A stretch of 64,000 bases of DNA from Saprospiraceae bacterium (GTDB lineage: Bacteria; Bacteroidota; Bacteroidia; Chitinophagales; Saprospiraceae), in the NCBI GenBank assembly GCA_019694295.1, contig JAIBCG010000005.1:5080-69079 (forward strand), in the 5' to 3' direction. Under the pieces are notes generated by a model. That model searched no databases. It worked only from the letters and a program-made list of their open reading frames with translations, and was not told the DNA's origin. This document shows positions 35,284 through 44,955 of this stretch, piece after piece (position 1 is the stretch's first letter; each line of letters begins with the position of its first letter). The position numbers were made by a program, and so were the translations under genes.

Positions 35284-35492
35284 GATATAATTTTTGGGTT
35301 ACAATGATAAATTTATGAATATTCGTTAGCGAAAATTATAGAAAATACTGTACCAAATATGTGAATATATACTGTTGTGTTGAAAAATAATTTTGTTTAA
35401 AAGACTTGCAACTCTAGGCATGTGTTTAATACGGATAAGGTAATAGACTCTGTTCTGCAGAACCAATCATTTCACATCCGACAACTCCTTAC

Positions 35493-35547
35493 CATTTACC
35501 ACTCAACATTTACCACTCAACATTTACCACTCAACATTTACCACTTA
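35493..35547 (+). repeat. 14-bp tandem repeat (CATTTACCACTCAA) x3.9
   Basis: Perfect units at 35493-35506, 35507-35520 and 35521-35534, then a partial unit CATTTACCACTT. Confidence 0.95.
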
Positions 35548-35553
35548 CCAGCT

Positions 35554-35615
35554 GCGTGAAGGATAGAAGGCGGCACGGAGTAAGCCGGATAGCCTGACCC
35601 GACAGGGGCACGCCC
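35554..35615 (+). repeat. 62-nt GC-rich conserved core, copy B
   Basis: GCGTGAAGGATAGAAGGCGGCACGGAGTAAGCCGGATAGCCTGACCCGACAGGGGCACGCCC. 57/62 identical to 5163-5225, in the same orientation, and likewise preceded by a tandem array. Confidence 0.85.
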
Positions 35616-35728
35616 AAGCAAATATGGCAGCAGCTGTATATGAAGTACTGTTATTTGGTGGTGTTATGTGGATTGCTGTATGCCTTGTCAGAAATTTGTC
35701 GTATTTTGTGCCGTTTTTTTAATAGAAT

Positions 35729-36808
35729 ATGAAGAAATCTGACCCAAATAGAGTAGTGGATGATCTGGTGGAGATGCCGGACGAATTTTACGAGCATTTC
35801 AGCATCGTCTGCGATCCGAAACAAACGCCAATACGCATCGATAAGTTTTTGATGGATAGGGTGGAGAGGGTGTCGCGCAATAAGCTGCAGGATGCAATAC
35901 GTGCAGGAAACATACTGGTGGATGGGAAAATGGTGAAGGCCAACTGCAAGGTGAAACCCGGTAATACCATAACACTGGTGTTGCCAACACCGCCGGATGA
36001 CGAGTATGAGGTGAAGCCGGAATACATACCGTTGGACATTGTGTATGAGGATGAAGATGTAATGGTGATCAATAAGCCGGTGGGTCTGGTGGTGCATCCG
36101 GGAGTGGGTAATAAGAGTGGGACGTTGGTGAATGGCTTGACATATTATTTTCAGAATAAGGGATTGCCGCTGAAGGAGGGAAATACGCCTGACCGTGCAG
36201 GGCTGGTACACCGGATAGACAAAGATACGAGTGGTTTGATATTGGTGGCAAAGAATGATTATGCAATGGCGCACTTGTCGAAGCAGTTTTTCGAGCATAC
36301 GATAGACCGTACATACCAGGCGATAGTGTGGGGGCAGCCGGACCCGGAGGCCGGGACAATCAATAATTATATAGGCAGGAGCTTGAATGACCGCTTGTTG
36401 GTGGCTGTGTTTCCGGATGGTGATCATGGCAAACAAGCGATAACGCATTATAAAACAGTAAGGGGCCTGTATTATGTGTCACTGGTAGAGTGCAATCTGG
36501 AGACCGGACGCACACATCAGATACGCGTACACATGAAACACATAGGGCATACGCTGTTCAATGATTATAAATATGGAGGCAGCCATATATTGAAGGGCAC
36601 CATCTATGGGCAATACCGACAGTTTGTTGAAAAATGTTTTGCACTGTGTCCGCGTCAGGCACTTCATGCCAAAACAATAGGATTTATGCACCCGACGAAG
36701 AATGTAAGGATGCAGTTCGACTCGGCATTGCCGGATGATATGGCATTGTGTCTTGAACAATGGGAAAATTATGTAACTGACAGAAAATCGAAACTGACTG
36801 CAAAATGA
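35729..36808 (+). CDS. rluD: RluA-family 23S rRNA pseudouridine synthase (RluD-like)
   Basis: S4-like N-terminus (RIDKFLMDRVERVSRNKLQDAIRAGNILVDG) and the catalytic motif HRIDKDTSGLILVAKN. Confidence 0.88.
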   Translation: MKKSDPNRVVDDLVEMPDEFYEHFSIVCDPKQTPIRIDKFLMDRVERVSRNKLQDAIRAGNILVDGKMVKANCKVKPGNTITLVLPTPPDDEYEVKPEYIPLDIVYEDEDVMVINKPVGLVVHPGVGNKSGTLVNGLTYYFQNKGLPLKEGNTPDRAGLVHRIDKDTSGLILVAKNDYAMAHLSKQFFEHTIDRTYQAIVWGQPDPEAGTINNYIGRSLNDRLLVAVFPDGDHGKQAITHYKTVRGLYYVSLVECNLETGRTHQIRVHMKHIGHTLFNDYKYGGSHILKGTIYGQYRQFVEKCFALCPRQALHAKTIGFMHPTKNVRMQFDSALPDDMALCLEQWENYVTDRKSKLTAK

Positions 36809-37818
36809 CCTTGACCGAAAGAATTGAATCGTTAGTATATCTTGGAACAGTGCTTGAACATCCGTCAGAGATTATGAAGGCTGTAATGCAACGAGCAGAG
36901 ATAGAAAATGCGTGGTTTACACAGGAATCGATACAAAAAGCTATCCGTGGGGTTGGTATGTGGCTGAAGCCAGATGAGCTACATAGCTGGATAAACAAAT
37001 ACAAGATTGCTGACAGAATGCCGGAGCGCACCGGGATGATATTGGCGGGCAATATACCGATGGTAGGCTTCCATGATGTGATGACCAACTATCTGGCCGG
37101 AAATGTGTCGGTGATTCGTTTTTCGGAGAAGGATAATGTGTTGATTCCCTATATGTTGCGGATAATATCTGAAGCATTCCCAGGAGCAGAGATGTACTTT
37201 GACTATAAGGAGGATTTTAAAACTATTGACAGGCTGGTGGCTACCGGAAGCGATAGTGCGGCTGGATTGTTCCGCAATTATTTTTCGCATGTACCGGCAC
37301 TTATAAGGTGTCATCGCAATGCTGTGGCAGTCATTACCGGAGATGAGACGGATGAAGAATTGCTTGCCTTGGGTGAGGATGCTTTTTCTTATTTTGGTTT
37401 AGGCTGTCGCAATGTGTCGAAGTTGTATGTGCCGAGTGGTTATGTGTTTGACCGATTGTTGGAGCTTTGGCATGACCGTTACAAGGAAATGGTGCTGCAC
37501 AGCAAGTATAAGAACAACTTCGACTACCTTTATGCCGTGTATCTGCTCAATAAGGAGCCATTTTTGGCCAATGGGCATGTGATCATACGAGAGTCGGAAG
37601 GCTTGTCTTCGCCGGTGGCAAGTTTGTTTTTTGAATATTATGATAAAATAAGCGACGTAGCTGCAAAGCTGGCAGCACTAAAGGACAAATTGCAGGTAGT
37701 TATTTCAAAAATACCGCTGCACGAGTTTAATTCCGTCATACCGGGTGAGGCACAATATCCTGCCATTGATGATTATGCTGATGGTGTCGATACTATGGAG
37801 TTCTTGTTAAATAACTGA
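36805..37818 (+). CDS. LuxC-like acyl-CoA reductase family protein
   Basis: 337 aa. ILAGNIPMVGFHDV and surrounding regions resemble the LuxC acyl-CoA reductase family as annotated in Bacteroidota. Its start overlaps the rluD stop (ATGA). Confidence 0.55.
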   Translation: MTLTERIESLVYLGTVLEHPSEIMKAVMQRAEIENAWFTQESIQKAIRGVGMWLKPDELHSWINKYKIADRMPERTGMILAGNIPMVGFHDVMTNYLAGNVSVIRFSEKDNVLIPYMLRIISEAFPGAEMYFDYKEDFKTIDRLVATGSDSAAGLFRNYFSHVPALIRCHRNAVAVITGDETDEELLALGEDAFSYFGLGCRNVSKLYVPSGYVFDRLLELWHDRYKEMVLHSKYKNNFDYLYAVYLLNKEPFLANGHVIIRESEGLSSPVASLFFEYYDKISDVAAKLAALKDKLQVVISKIPLHEFNSVIPGEAQYPAIDDYADGVDTMEFLLNN

Positions 37819-37820
37819 AA

Positions 37821-38465
37821 ATGACCAAAAAGCAAAAGGCAGCCGAAATATCAGCCATTCTTGAAGGACTTTATCCGGAAACGCCTATACCACTGCATTT
37901 CCACAATCATTATACACTGTTGGTAGCCGTGCTTTTATCTGCCCAATGTACAGATGAGCGGGTCAATAATGTTACGCCTGATCTATTTGCGAAAGCCGAT
38001 AATCCGGCTGATATGGTAAAGCTGGATGTGGAGGAAATACGAGAAATCATTCATCCATGTGGTCTGGCACCTGCCAAATCAAAGAATATTAACCGGCTGT
38101 CGGAAATACTTATTGAAAAATACAATGGCGAGGTGCCTGATAATTTTACTGATCTCGAAGCCTTACCCGGAGTAGGGCACAAGACGGCATCTGTAGTGAT
38201 GTCGCAGGGTTTTGGGCATCCTGCCTTCCCCGTTGATACGCACATACACAGGCTGGCGCAGCGATGGGGTCTGACCAATGGAAAGTCGGTAGAGCAGACA
38301 GAACGGGATCTGAAAGCATTATTTCCTCGCGCTACATGGAACAAGCTACATCTGCAGATTATTTTTTACGGCCGAGAGTATTGCCCTGCAAGGGGGCACG
38401 ATGAGCAGAAATGTATGATTTGCTCGAAATACGGTAAGAAGGAAATAAGTAAAAAAGTAAAATAG
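37821..38465 (+). CDS. nth: endonuclease III
   Basis: HhH-GPD motif LPGVGHKTASVVM, catalytic region VDTHIHR, and a C-terminal Fe-S cluster loop CPARGHDEQKCMIC. Confidence 0.9.
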   Translation: MTKKQKAAEISAILEGLYPETPIPLHFHNHYTLLVAVLLSAQCTDERVNNVTPDLFAKADNPADMVKLDVEEIREIIHPCGLAPAKSKNINRLSEILIEKYNGEVPDNFTDLEALPGVGHKTASVVMSQGFGHPAFPVDTHIHRLAQRWGLTNGKSVEQTERDLKALFPRATWNKLHLQIIFYGREYCPARGHDEQKCMICSKYGKKEISKKVK

Positions 38466-38466
38466 T

Positions 38467-40827
38467 CTAAAAAGGATAGCCAATAGCAATATTTGGGTTG
38501 AAGTCACTCAGACGCATCTTGAAGGGATTGAAAACCCACTTTCCCGGATCTTTTAGTTTAAGCCCGGCATCGAACCTGATCTGGAAAAAATCAAAGTCGG
38601 CACGGATGCCTACTCCGGTGCCCAGTGCTATCTGTTTATAAAAGTTCCATTTCAGTACAGCCTGATCTCCGTAGGTTGATTTCTCAAAGTCCCACACGTT
38701 GCCGGCATCCAGGAATATTGCTCCTTTGAGATACCAGAATATTGGGAAACGGAGTTCGGCATTGGCTTCGAGTTTGAAATTGCCTGTCTGGTAATAAGTA
38801 AGGACATTTTCCGGAGGCTGTGCGTTGCCGGGGCCCAGCTCACGGATGCGCCATGCCCGAAGGCTATTGGGTCCGCCAGAGAAGAACTGTTTGACATAAG
38901 GTGTCTGCGAAGAAAACCCAAATGGAATGATAATACCCGAATACAAACGTGTAGCCAGGGCCAGATTTTTTGAATATCTCTTGGTATAGCGACCTTCGCT
39001 TTCGAGTTTGAAGTATTGGGCAAACTTCAGGGACCGCGACCAATTGACATCTGACTTGCGCAGTAAGTTGACAGTAGAATTGACTGCCCATACTTCGAGG
39101 CCTGATAGTTCAGTATTGATTTGACCAAACCAATCTTCGCCCCACCTTGCCGAGGGTTTAACATACGTAAAGGAAAGTTCGCGAAACAAGATTCCGGTAA
39201 ACAACTGTCTTTCGGCAAGTGATCTTTTGAGGAAAGTATTTGCGGATATTAGGCTGTCGAAGAATGGGTCAAGTTTGGTATTCAGTAAGCTGACACCGAG
39301 GTGGGTAATCTGATATTTCTTTAGATTTGATTGTTGGTAATTGATCGTATAGCCAAGGTTAAGAGCCTGTATATCATACTGATTAACTATACGACTATAA
39401 CTGTAACTAGCCAGCATCGAGCTCGTTCCGAGTTTTTGCATATCTTCGAACATCTTATTGCCTATTATAGGATGAGCCTTGCCCGGCAACCTGGTTAATG
39501 CACGGTAGAGACCAAAAAAACCATTAAATTTTGGCAATTTGAATTCATTGGAAATCTTAAGGTCGAGTGTGTTGATGAAATTTTTATTGAGTAAAGAAGG
39601 ATTGATAGCAATACCTGCTTCAATGGCAGCATTCATGACCTCTCCGCCTTTAAAGATGTTTTTACTTTTATGGTTGAAGCTGAGTGCAGTGCCGATGAGA
39701 GCCTGATTGAGGAAAGTATTGGTTTCCCAGTTAAGGTCGTAGTCTATGCCTGATGAATATTTATCAGCCGGAGTGAGTAGTACGATGACGTTCAATTTGT
39801 CCTGATGTTCGGTGTCGATTTCGGTTTTTATTTTTATAAATTTGAAGCAAGGGAGAGAGCTAAGCCTTTTGTTTGTAAAATCGATGTCGTCCTGATTGTA
39901 TATTTCTGCTTTATTGATGTAAATGAGTTTTTGGATGGCTGCCGGTTTGAATGGCGAAGGTGATGTGTAAGACAAAAGACGGACATTGTTGATTGTTGTA
40001 TCCATCGCAGGTGCCTCGTCGGCATTAGCAGTGGTATAATCAAGGAATACTGTGATGTTATTGATGGTGTATTGCTGATGATGTGTTGATTGGTTAGGTG
40101 GCAATATTTCTATAGTAATATCGGTGCTTGTGCCAATGGTGTCAATGAGGAGATTGGAGATGTGTGTTTTGTTGAAACTTGCGAAGCCGTTATTTCTAAA
40201 GAAACGTACCAGCCGAATAGCTTCGAGTTCATAATCGGCTGAGTTGAGTCGCTTGCCGGGTATCAATTTCTCTGTATTATTAATTTCGGGCAGATATTTT
40301 AACATTACACTATCTTTTGTATGAAAGCTAATGTTGCGAATCTTAAAGCCACTTTCAGGAAATACATTATAACTAATGTCAGCCTTTTGTTTTCCGGTAG
40401 GTTTGATGTTGTATTCTACAATCCCGTCAAAAAAGCCATTGTTGAACAAAACGCCTTCCATTGCTATCCTGGTTTCCTCAGCTTTTATAGAATCAAGCAG
40501 CACAGGTGGTTCGGAGACAGTGCCATAGAGCCATTTTCTGAATCCGGATTTAGGAGGCGGGTCTTTGAGTACATGATTGAGCCACATTCTTGTGTAGAAG
40601 AGCCCGAAGAGTTTCCGGTTGGTTTTTTGCTTGAGCTGATTAGTGATTTCTGTGGAAAGTGCGCGGTAACCCTCAATTTTTTCGGTTGGGTGAATTTTTA
40701 TCTTTTGTTTTCTGAGCAGAATTTCGTTGTGTTGCAGATATTTTGTTGTTTTGCATGAAGAAAACAGCACCGGTACAAGGAGGATAAGCCAACCGGCAAT
40801 TTTTATATATTTTTGCAACAAACTCAA
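38467..40827 (-). CDS. BamA/TamA-family outer membrane protein
   Basis: 786 aa with a signal/anchor sequence and POTRA-like N-terminal repeats. The Omp85-type C-terminal barrel contains GGPNSLRAW and ends ...IAIGYPF. Confidence 0.75.
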   Translation of the reverse strand: MSLLQKYIKIAGWLILLVPVLFSSCKTTKYLQHNEILLRKQKIKIHPTEKIEGYRALSTEITNQLKQKTNRKLFGLFYTRMWLNHVLKDPPPKSGFRKWLYGTVSEPPVLLDSIKAEETRIAMEGVLFNNGFFDGIVEYNIKPTGKQKADISYNVFPESGFKIRNISFHTKDSVMLKYLPEINNTEKLIPGKRLNSADYELEAIRLVRFFRNNGFASFNKTHISNLLIDTIGTSTDITIEILPPNQSTHHQQYTINNITVFLDYTTANADEAPAMDTTINNVRLLSYTSPSPFKPAAIQKLIYINKAEIYNQDDIDFTNKRLSSLPCFKFIKIKTEIDTEHQDKLNVIVLLTPADKYSSGIDYDLNWETNTFLNQALIGTALSFNHKSKNIFKGGEVMNAAIEAGIAINPSLLNKNFINTLDLKISNEFKLPKFNGFFGLYRALTRLPGKAHPIIGNKMFEDMQKLGTSSMLASYSYSRIVNQYDIQALNLGYTINYQQSNLKKYQITHLGVSLLNTKLDPFFDSLISANTFLKRSLAERQLFTGILFRELSFTYVKPSARWGEDWFGQINTELSGLEVWAVNSTVNLLRKSDVNWSRSLKFAQYFKLESEGRYTKRYSKNLALATRLYSGIIIPFGFSSQTPYVKQFFSGGPNSLRAWRIRELGPGNAQPPENVLTYYQTGNFKLEANAELRFPIFWYLKGAIFLDAGNVWDFEKSTYGDQAVLKWNFYKQIALGTGVGIRADFDFFQIRFDAGLKLKDPGKWVFNPFKMRLSDFNPNIAIGYPF

Positions 40828-40887
40828 TTTTCGGTAATCTGTTTCTTTCCGGCATAAAGATAATATTAAAATACTTATAGTTATATC

Positions 40888-41634
40888 ATGCTTTCAAAAC
40901 ATACGGTTTCTATATTGCGCAGTCTTCATCTTAAGAAATATTCTCAGGAACACAATTTATTCTTGGCTGAAGGTGAAAAACTGGTGGAGGAAGCCATAAA
41001 ATCATCTCCTAAAACCATCAAAATTATCTGTACAGAAGCATGGTTTGACAATAACAAAAACATACTTATACCGCCAAATATTTCTGTAGAATATGCTACC
41101 GCCAAACAAATAAGCCAGGTGTCAACTTTGGTAACACCACAGGAGGTTTTGGCAGTATGCCAAACAGATTTTACATCAGCGTCCTTACGTGAATCTGTCA
41201 ATAAAACTGTACTGTATTTTCATGACCTCAAAGATCCGGGCAATGCAGGTACCATTCTTCGCATAGCAGACTGGTTTGGTTATAAGGATGTGTTTGTGTC
41301 AGATGAGAGTGTTTATAAATACAACCCCAAACTGGTACAATCCTCTATGGGTTCGGTTTTTCGTATTGGCTACCATCCCATTCATACTCAAGAATTGATG
41401 CAGTTGAAAGGGCACACCGAGATCATTGCGACTACTATGTCGGGTGATTCTGTTTATGGTTCAAAAAAAATTGAAAAGGGAATCATTATGTTTGGCAGCG
41501 AATCGCACGGCTTACCTGCAGAATTGATAGGACTTGCCGACAAAAGGCTGACCATACCAAAGCACAAAACTGGAAATGCAGAGTCACTCAATCTGGCGGT
41601 GGCTACCGGTATTATTCTGAGTTATCTGGGTTGA
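40888..41634 (+). CDS. TrmH/SpoU-family RNA 2'-O-methyltransferase
   Basis: SpoU motifs DLKDPGNAGTILR, MFGSESHGL and ESLNLAVATGIIL. Confidence 0.85.
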   Translation: MLSKHTVSILRSLHLKKYSQEHNLFLAEGEKLVEEAIKSSPKTIKIICTEAWFDNNKNILIPPNISVEYATAKQISQVSTLVTPQEVLAVCQTDFTSASLRESVNKTVLYFHDLKDPGNAGTILRIADWFGYKDVFVSDESVYKYNPKLVQSSMGSVFRIGYHPIHTQELMQLKGHTEIIATTMSGDSVYGSKKIEKGIIMFGSESHGLPAELIGLADKRLTIPKHKTGNAESLNLAVATGIILSYLG

Positions 41635-41740
41635 AAATAATTTTATCTTGTTGTGGAATTATTTTTCTTAAAAAATTGTTAAAAAGCTTATAGATTTGTG
41701 ACTTATTGGTTTTTGATATAAATTTGACAAAACTTTCTTT

Positions 41741-41959
41741 ATGAAATTAAAGAAGAATTCGGTTTTAGTTTTGATAGTAGGCTTATTGATGAGTATGTCA
41801 GCAATGGTTTTTCTCAATTCTGAGTCAAAACAATCTGCTCGGTTGGCGTTGCCAAGTGTCGAACAGGAAAAGTTAGAACATAGTATTCCGGCAGTTGATC
41901 CGGCTAAGGTGGTCAAATATATGTTTGAGGCGCTTATCAAGCTTGTACCACAATCATAG
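41741..41959 (+). CDS. small hypothetical exported protein
   Basis: 72 aa with signal-like MKLKKNSVLVLIVGLLMSMSAMVFL. I preferred it over the overlapping minus-strand ORF only on that basis. Confidence 0.35.
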   Translation: MKLKKNSVLVLIVGLLMSMSAMVFLNSESKQSARLALPSVEQEKLEHSIPAVDPAKVVKYMFEALIKLVPQS

Positions 41960-41960
41960 C

Positions 41961-42866
41961 TTACAATTGTAATCCGTTGAGATACTCGGTTATACTCATC
42001 CTTCGCTTTCCTTCAGCTTGTACAGATATTATTTCCAGATAGCCATTATTGCAATACATCCGTAGTACCTTTTTATCTAAAAATTCGTATTTGCCGGCAG
42101 TTTCTACGCTAGCTGATTTGTGTTTTTTTGTTTCGTAAATCTTTAGCTGTACACCATTGACTGTGGTCCACGCTCCCGGGTAGGGCGACAATCCTCTAAT
42201 AAAATCGTAAGCCTTATCAACCGATGTGTTCCAGTCTATGCGACATGTATCGTGAAATATTTTGGGTGCAAGGCTTGGTTCTCCTGTTTGCGGAAAGGGC
42301 GTAATAGATTGTGATTCGATGCCACGAACGGTCTGAAGAACGAGATTGGCTCCGGTTGTCATCAGTTTGTCATGCAAACTGCCTGCTGTGTCTTGTTCGT
42401 CAATGCTTATTTCGTTTTGGAGGAGAATATTACCGGTATCAATCTCATGTGTAAGAAAAAAAGTTGTACAACCGGTTGTTTTTTCTCCATTGATTATAGC
42501 CCAGTTGATAGGAGCAGCACCACGATATTTGGGTAACAGTGAAGCATGCAGATTGAATGTGCCTAATGGAGGCATGTTCCAGACTACTTCCGGTAACATC
42601 CTGAATGCAACTACTATCTGAAGTTCAGCATTTAATTCTTTCAACTCTTTGAGAAAATCTTCATTCCTAAGTTTTTCCGGCTGAAGAATCCTGATGTTAT
42701 GCTCTACTGCATATTTTTTTACCGGCGATTCTATGATTTGTTTCATACCACGACCACCCAATCGGTCAGGAGCAGTGATGACGGCAGCTATGTCGTATCC
42801 GTTTTGTACCAAAATATCAAGCGATGCCACTGCAAAATCGGGAGTACCCATGAAAACAATTCTCAT
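41961..42866 (-). CDS. fmt: methionyl-tRNA formyltransferase
   Basis: MRIVFMGTPDFAV N-terminus, the HASLLPKYRGAAPINWAI motif and a C-terminal Fmt domain. Confidence 0.93.
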   Translation of the reverse strand: MRIVFMGTPDFAVASLDILVQNGYDIAAVITAPDRLGGRGMKQIIESPVKKYAVEHNIRILQPEKLRNEDFLKELKELNAELQIVVAFRMLPEVVWNMPPLGTFNLHASLLPKYRGAAPINWAIINGEKTTGCTTFFLTHEIDTGNILLQNEISIDEQDTAGSLHDKLMTTGANLVLQTVRGIESQSITPFPQTGEPSLAPKIFHDTCRIDWNTSVDKAYDFIRGLSPYPGAWTTVNGVQLKIYETKKHKSASVETAGKYEFLDKKVLRMYCNNGYLEIISVQAEGKRRMSITEYLNGLQL

Positions 42867-43017
42867 ATTTGTACATTTTTATATTAATAAGCTCAAAATA
42901 AATAATAATTTTGCTTAGCAGTTCATTTGTTGTATGCATTATTGATTTTTTTTTCATGATGCATTCAAATTTGAACTAGACAAAAACAATTTTTACATAA
43001 AAAAATAGAATTTCTAC

Positions 43018-43338
43018 ATGACAGCCAAAGAATTCATACACTCACTACCTTCAAGAGTTAACCAAGATGCCATCGCCGATAAAGAAACTACATTCCACTT
43101 CGATGTAGAAGGTGAAGGAGGCGGACAATACACTGTAACCATCAAAGATGGAAAAACAGAAGTTCAGGAAGGTTTAATAGGTGAAGCCAAATGCGTGGTA
43201 AAAACGAATAATGACAATTTTATGGGCGTCATCAACGGTACACTTAATCCACTCATGGCCATAATGATGGGTAAGCTAAAATTAAGCAACCAGGGCGAAA
43301 TGCTTAAATATGCAAAAATTTTTGGATTGATGAAATAA
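43018..43338 (+). CDS. SCP2 sterol-binding domain protein
   Basis: 106 aa. ...FMGVINGTLNPLMAIMMGKLKLSNQGEMLKYAKIF is typical of SCP-2 domains. Confidence 0.75.
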   Translation: MTAKEFIHSLPSRVNQDAIADKETTFHFDVEGEGGGQYTVTIKDGKTEVQEGLIGEAKCVVKTNNDNFMGVINGTLNPLMAIMMGKLKLSNQGEMLKYAKIFGLMK

Positions 43339-43363
43339 TCCTTAACCTATTGATTCTCAAATC

Positions 43364-44095
43364 ATGAATCTGAAATTGAGTACTCGTACAACTATGCTTT
43401 ATGCTGTAATATTATACTTGTTTTGTGCTTGTGGTCAAGAAGGTGTAACAGAAGATCAACTAAAAAGTTCAGGTAACACAAAAGCTAAACTCGGTGATTA
43501 CAAAGCTGCACTAGTAGACTACGATAAGGCAATTAAAACCAACCCTGATAACCCACGCCTCTACAATAACCGTGCTGCTGCTTTGGTTGAGATGGGTAGA
43601 TTGCCGGAGGCCATACAAGATTTTTCAAAATCAATAGAAATGGATCCTGAAAATGCTATGGCATACAGCAACCGCGCACTTGCTTTTGCCACACAGAGGA
43701 AATTCGATGAGGCAGTGCATGATTATTCTATGGCTATAAAACTGAACCAACATGAACCTAAACTCTATTTTAGCAGAGCATCAGCTTATAGCGACCTTAA
43801 ACAATTTGACAAAGCTATTGCCGACTATAATGAAGCTATAAAACTCACAGCAAACGAACCAAGTTTTTACAGCGGCAGAGGAATCGCCAAAGCACAATCA
43901 AAAGATCTGCAGGCAGCACTGCAAGATTTTAATAAAGCAATAGAACTAAAGCCTGATTTTGGCCTAGCTTATACCAACCGAGGCCTTACGAAACTGGTGT
44001 TAGGAGACAAATCAGGCGGATGTGAAGATCTCCATCGTGCAAAGGAATTGGGCAGCACTTCTGCTGAAAAAGTCTTGCAAGAACAATGTAAATGA
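43364..44095 (+). CDS. tetratricopeptide repeat lipoprotein
   Basis: Signal with Cys (LYLFCAC). About six 34-aa TPR units (A..DY..AI...P.....YNNRA-type). Confidence 0.8.
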   Translation: MNLKLSTRTTMLYAVILYLFCACGQEGVTEDQLKSSGNTKAKLGDYKAALVDYDKAIKTNPDNPRLYNNRAAALVEMGRLPEAIQDFSKSIEMDPENAMAYSNRALAFATQRKFDEAVHDYSMAIKLNQHEPKLYFSRASAYSDLKQFDKAIADYNEAIKLTANEPSFYSGRGIAKAQSKDLQAALQDFNKAIELKPDFGLAYTNRGLTKLVLGDKSGGCEDLHRAKELGSTSAEKVLQEQCK

Positions 44096-44128
44096 TTAAT
44101 TTGATTTTTTTTTTAAAACCATTTTGCT

Positions 44129-44695
44129 ATGGACTCCAACCTGTTGCTATTCTTGTTTTTTGTATTGCTATTTCTGGCTATTGTTTACTTTGTAACAAAA
44201 AAGAGCCGAGCCAAACTCCTTGAAAAATTCAAACCTTACCAGAATGATCACATTTTGCTACAAACTGATGCCTATATAGAAGGTTTTTTTAGTGTTTTGC
44301 AGATGGATGTAAAGTATGGAGACCAGGTTTCTGAAAATATAAGCCTAGGTCCGGGTAATCCTGTCCCTGTACCATACGGAGCTGAAATTACTATAAAATC
44401 ACAGAAATTTGGTGCCCTGGGTAAGCCGTTCAAGGTCGATGAAAAGCCCGATTACCAAATGCTGCAGGTAAGTTCGTCGAAAGGCAAAATATTTAAACCA
44501 GCCACTTGGTTTTTGCTATTTGTAATGATTGGTATGAATATTATAGCATTGTTTGAGCTGATTGACAAGGCATATATTGATGTAATCCAAGACTACACTT
44601 TGAAATTATTATTGGCGCTGGTTGTCATCAGGATATTGTCAAATATTTTCATAAAACCAAATATCATTTTTATAAAAAAGGCAAAAGCAGTCTGA
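44129..44695 (+). CDS. hypothetical membrane protein
   Basis: 188 aa. One N-terminal and two C-terminal hydrophobic helices. No motif recognised. Confidence 0.5.
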   Translation: MDSNLLLFLFFVLLFLAIVYFVTKKSRAKLLEKFKPYQNDHILLQTDAYIEGFFSVLQMDVKYGDQVSENISLGPGNPVPVPYGAEITIKSQKFGALGKPFKVDEKPDYQMLQVSSSKGKIFKPATWFLLFVMIGMNIIALFELIDKAYIDVIQDYTLKLLLALVVIRILSNIFIKPNIIFIKKAKAV

Positions 44696-44714
44696 AGCTC
44701 TCTGAAGGAAAATC

Positions 44715-44789
44715 TGGTAGTCCCGCCAGGAATCGAACCTGGATCTAGAGTTTAGGAAACTCCTATTCTATCCGTTGAACTACGGGACC
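44715..44789 (-). tRNA. tRNA-Arg (anticodon CCU), CCA encoded
   Basis: The reverse complement is GGTCCCGTAGTTCAACGGATAGAATAGGAGTTTCCTAAACTCTAGATCCAGGTTCGATTCCTGGCGGGACTACCA. Anticodon loop TTCCTAA, T arm CCAGG-TTCGATT-CCTGG. Confidence 0.9.
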
Positions 44790-44955
44790 ATTGGAGTAAG
44801 AAAATTCATCAAAAACGGATGCAAAACTAATAATTTTTTACTTTCCAAAATACTATTTTTGCAAATTCAGCCAAATCCTCTTTGGAAGATGTATTTTTGT
44901 TGCTGAATGAAATTGGTTACGAATCTTTTACCATCAGCATTTTACACACATTGAT

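Noticed and set aside
35651-36448. 265-aa minus-strand ORF
   Set aside because: It lies entirely antisense to the well-supported rluD gene. It has a His/Arg/Cys/Ile-rich composition with no motifs, typical of a shadow ORF.
36069-37314. Several 90-135-aa minus-strand ORFs across rluD and the LuxC-like gene
   Set aside because: All are antisense to genes with clear motifs and are Pro/Ser/His-rich shadow frames.
41668-41940. 90-aa minus-strand ORF overlapping the small plus-strand ORF
   Set aside because: It has no signal or motif. The plus-strand alternative at least has a signal-peptide-like N-terminus. Neither is well supported.
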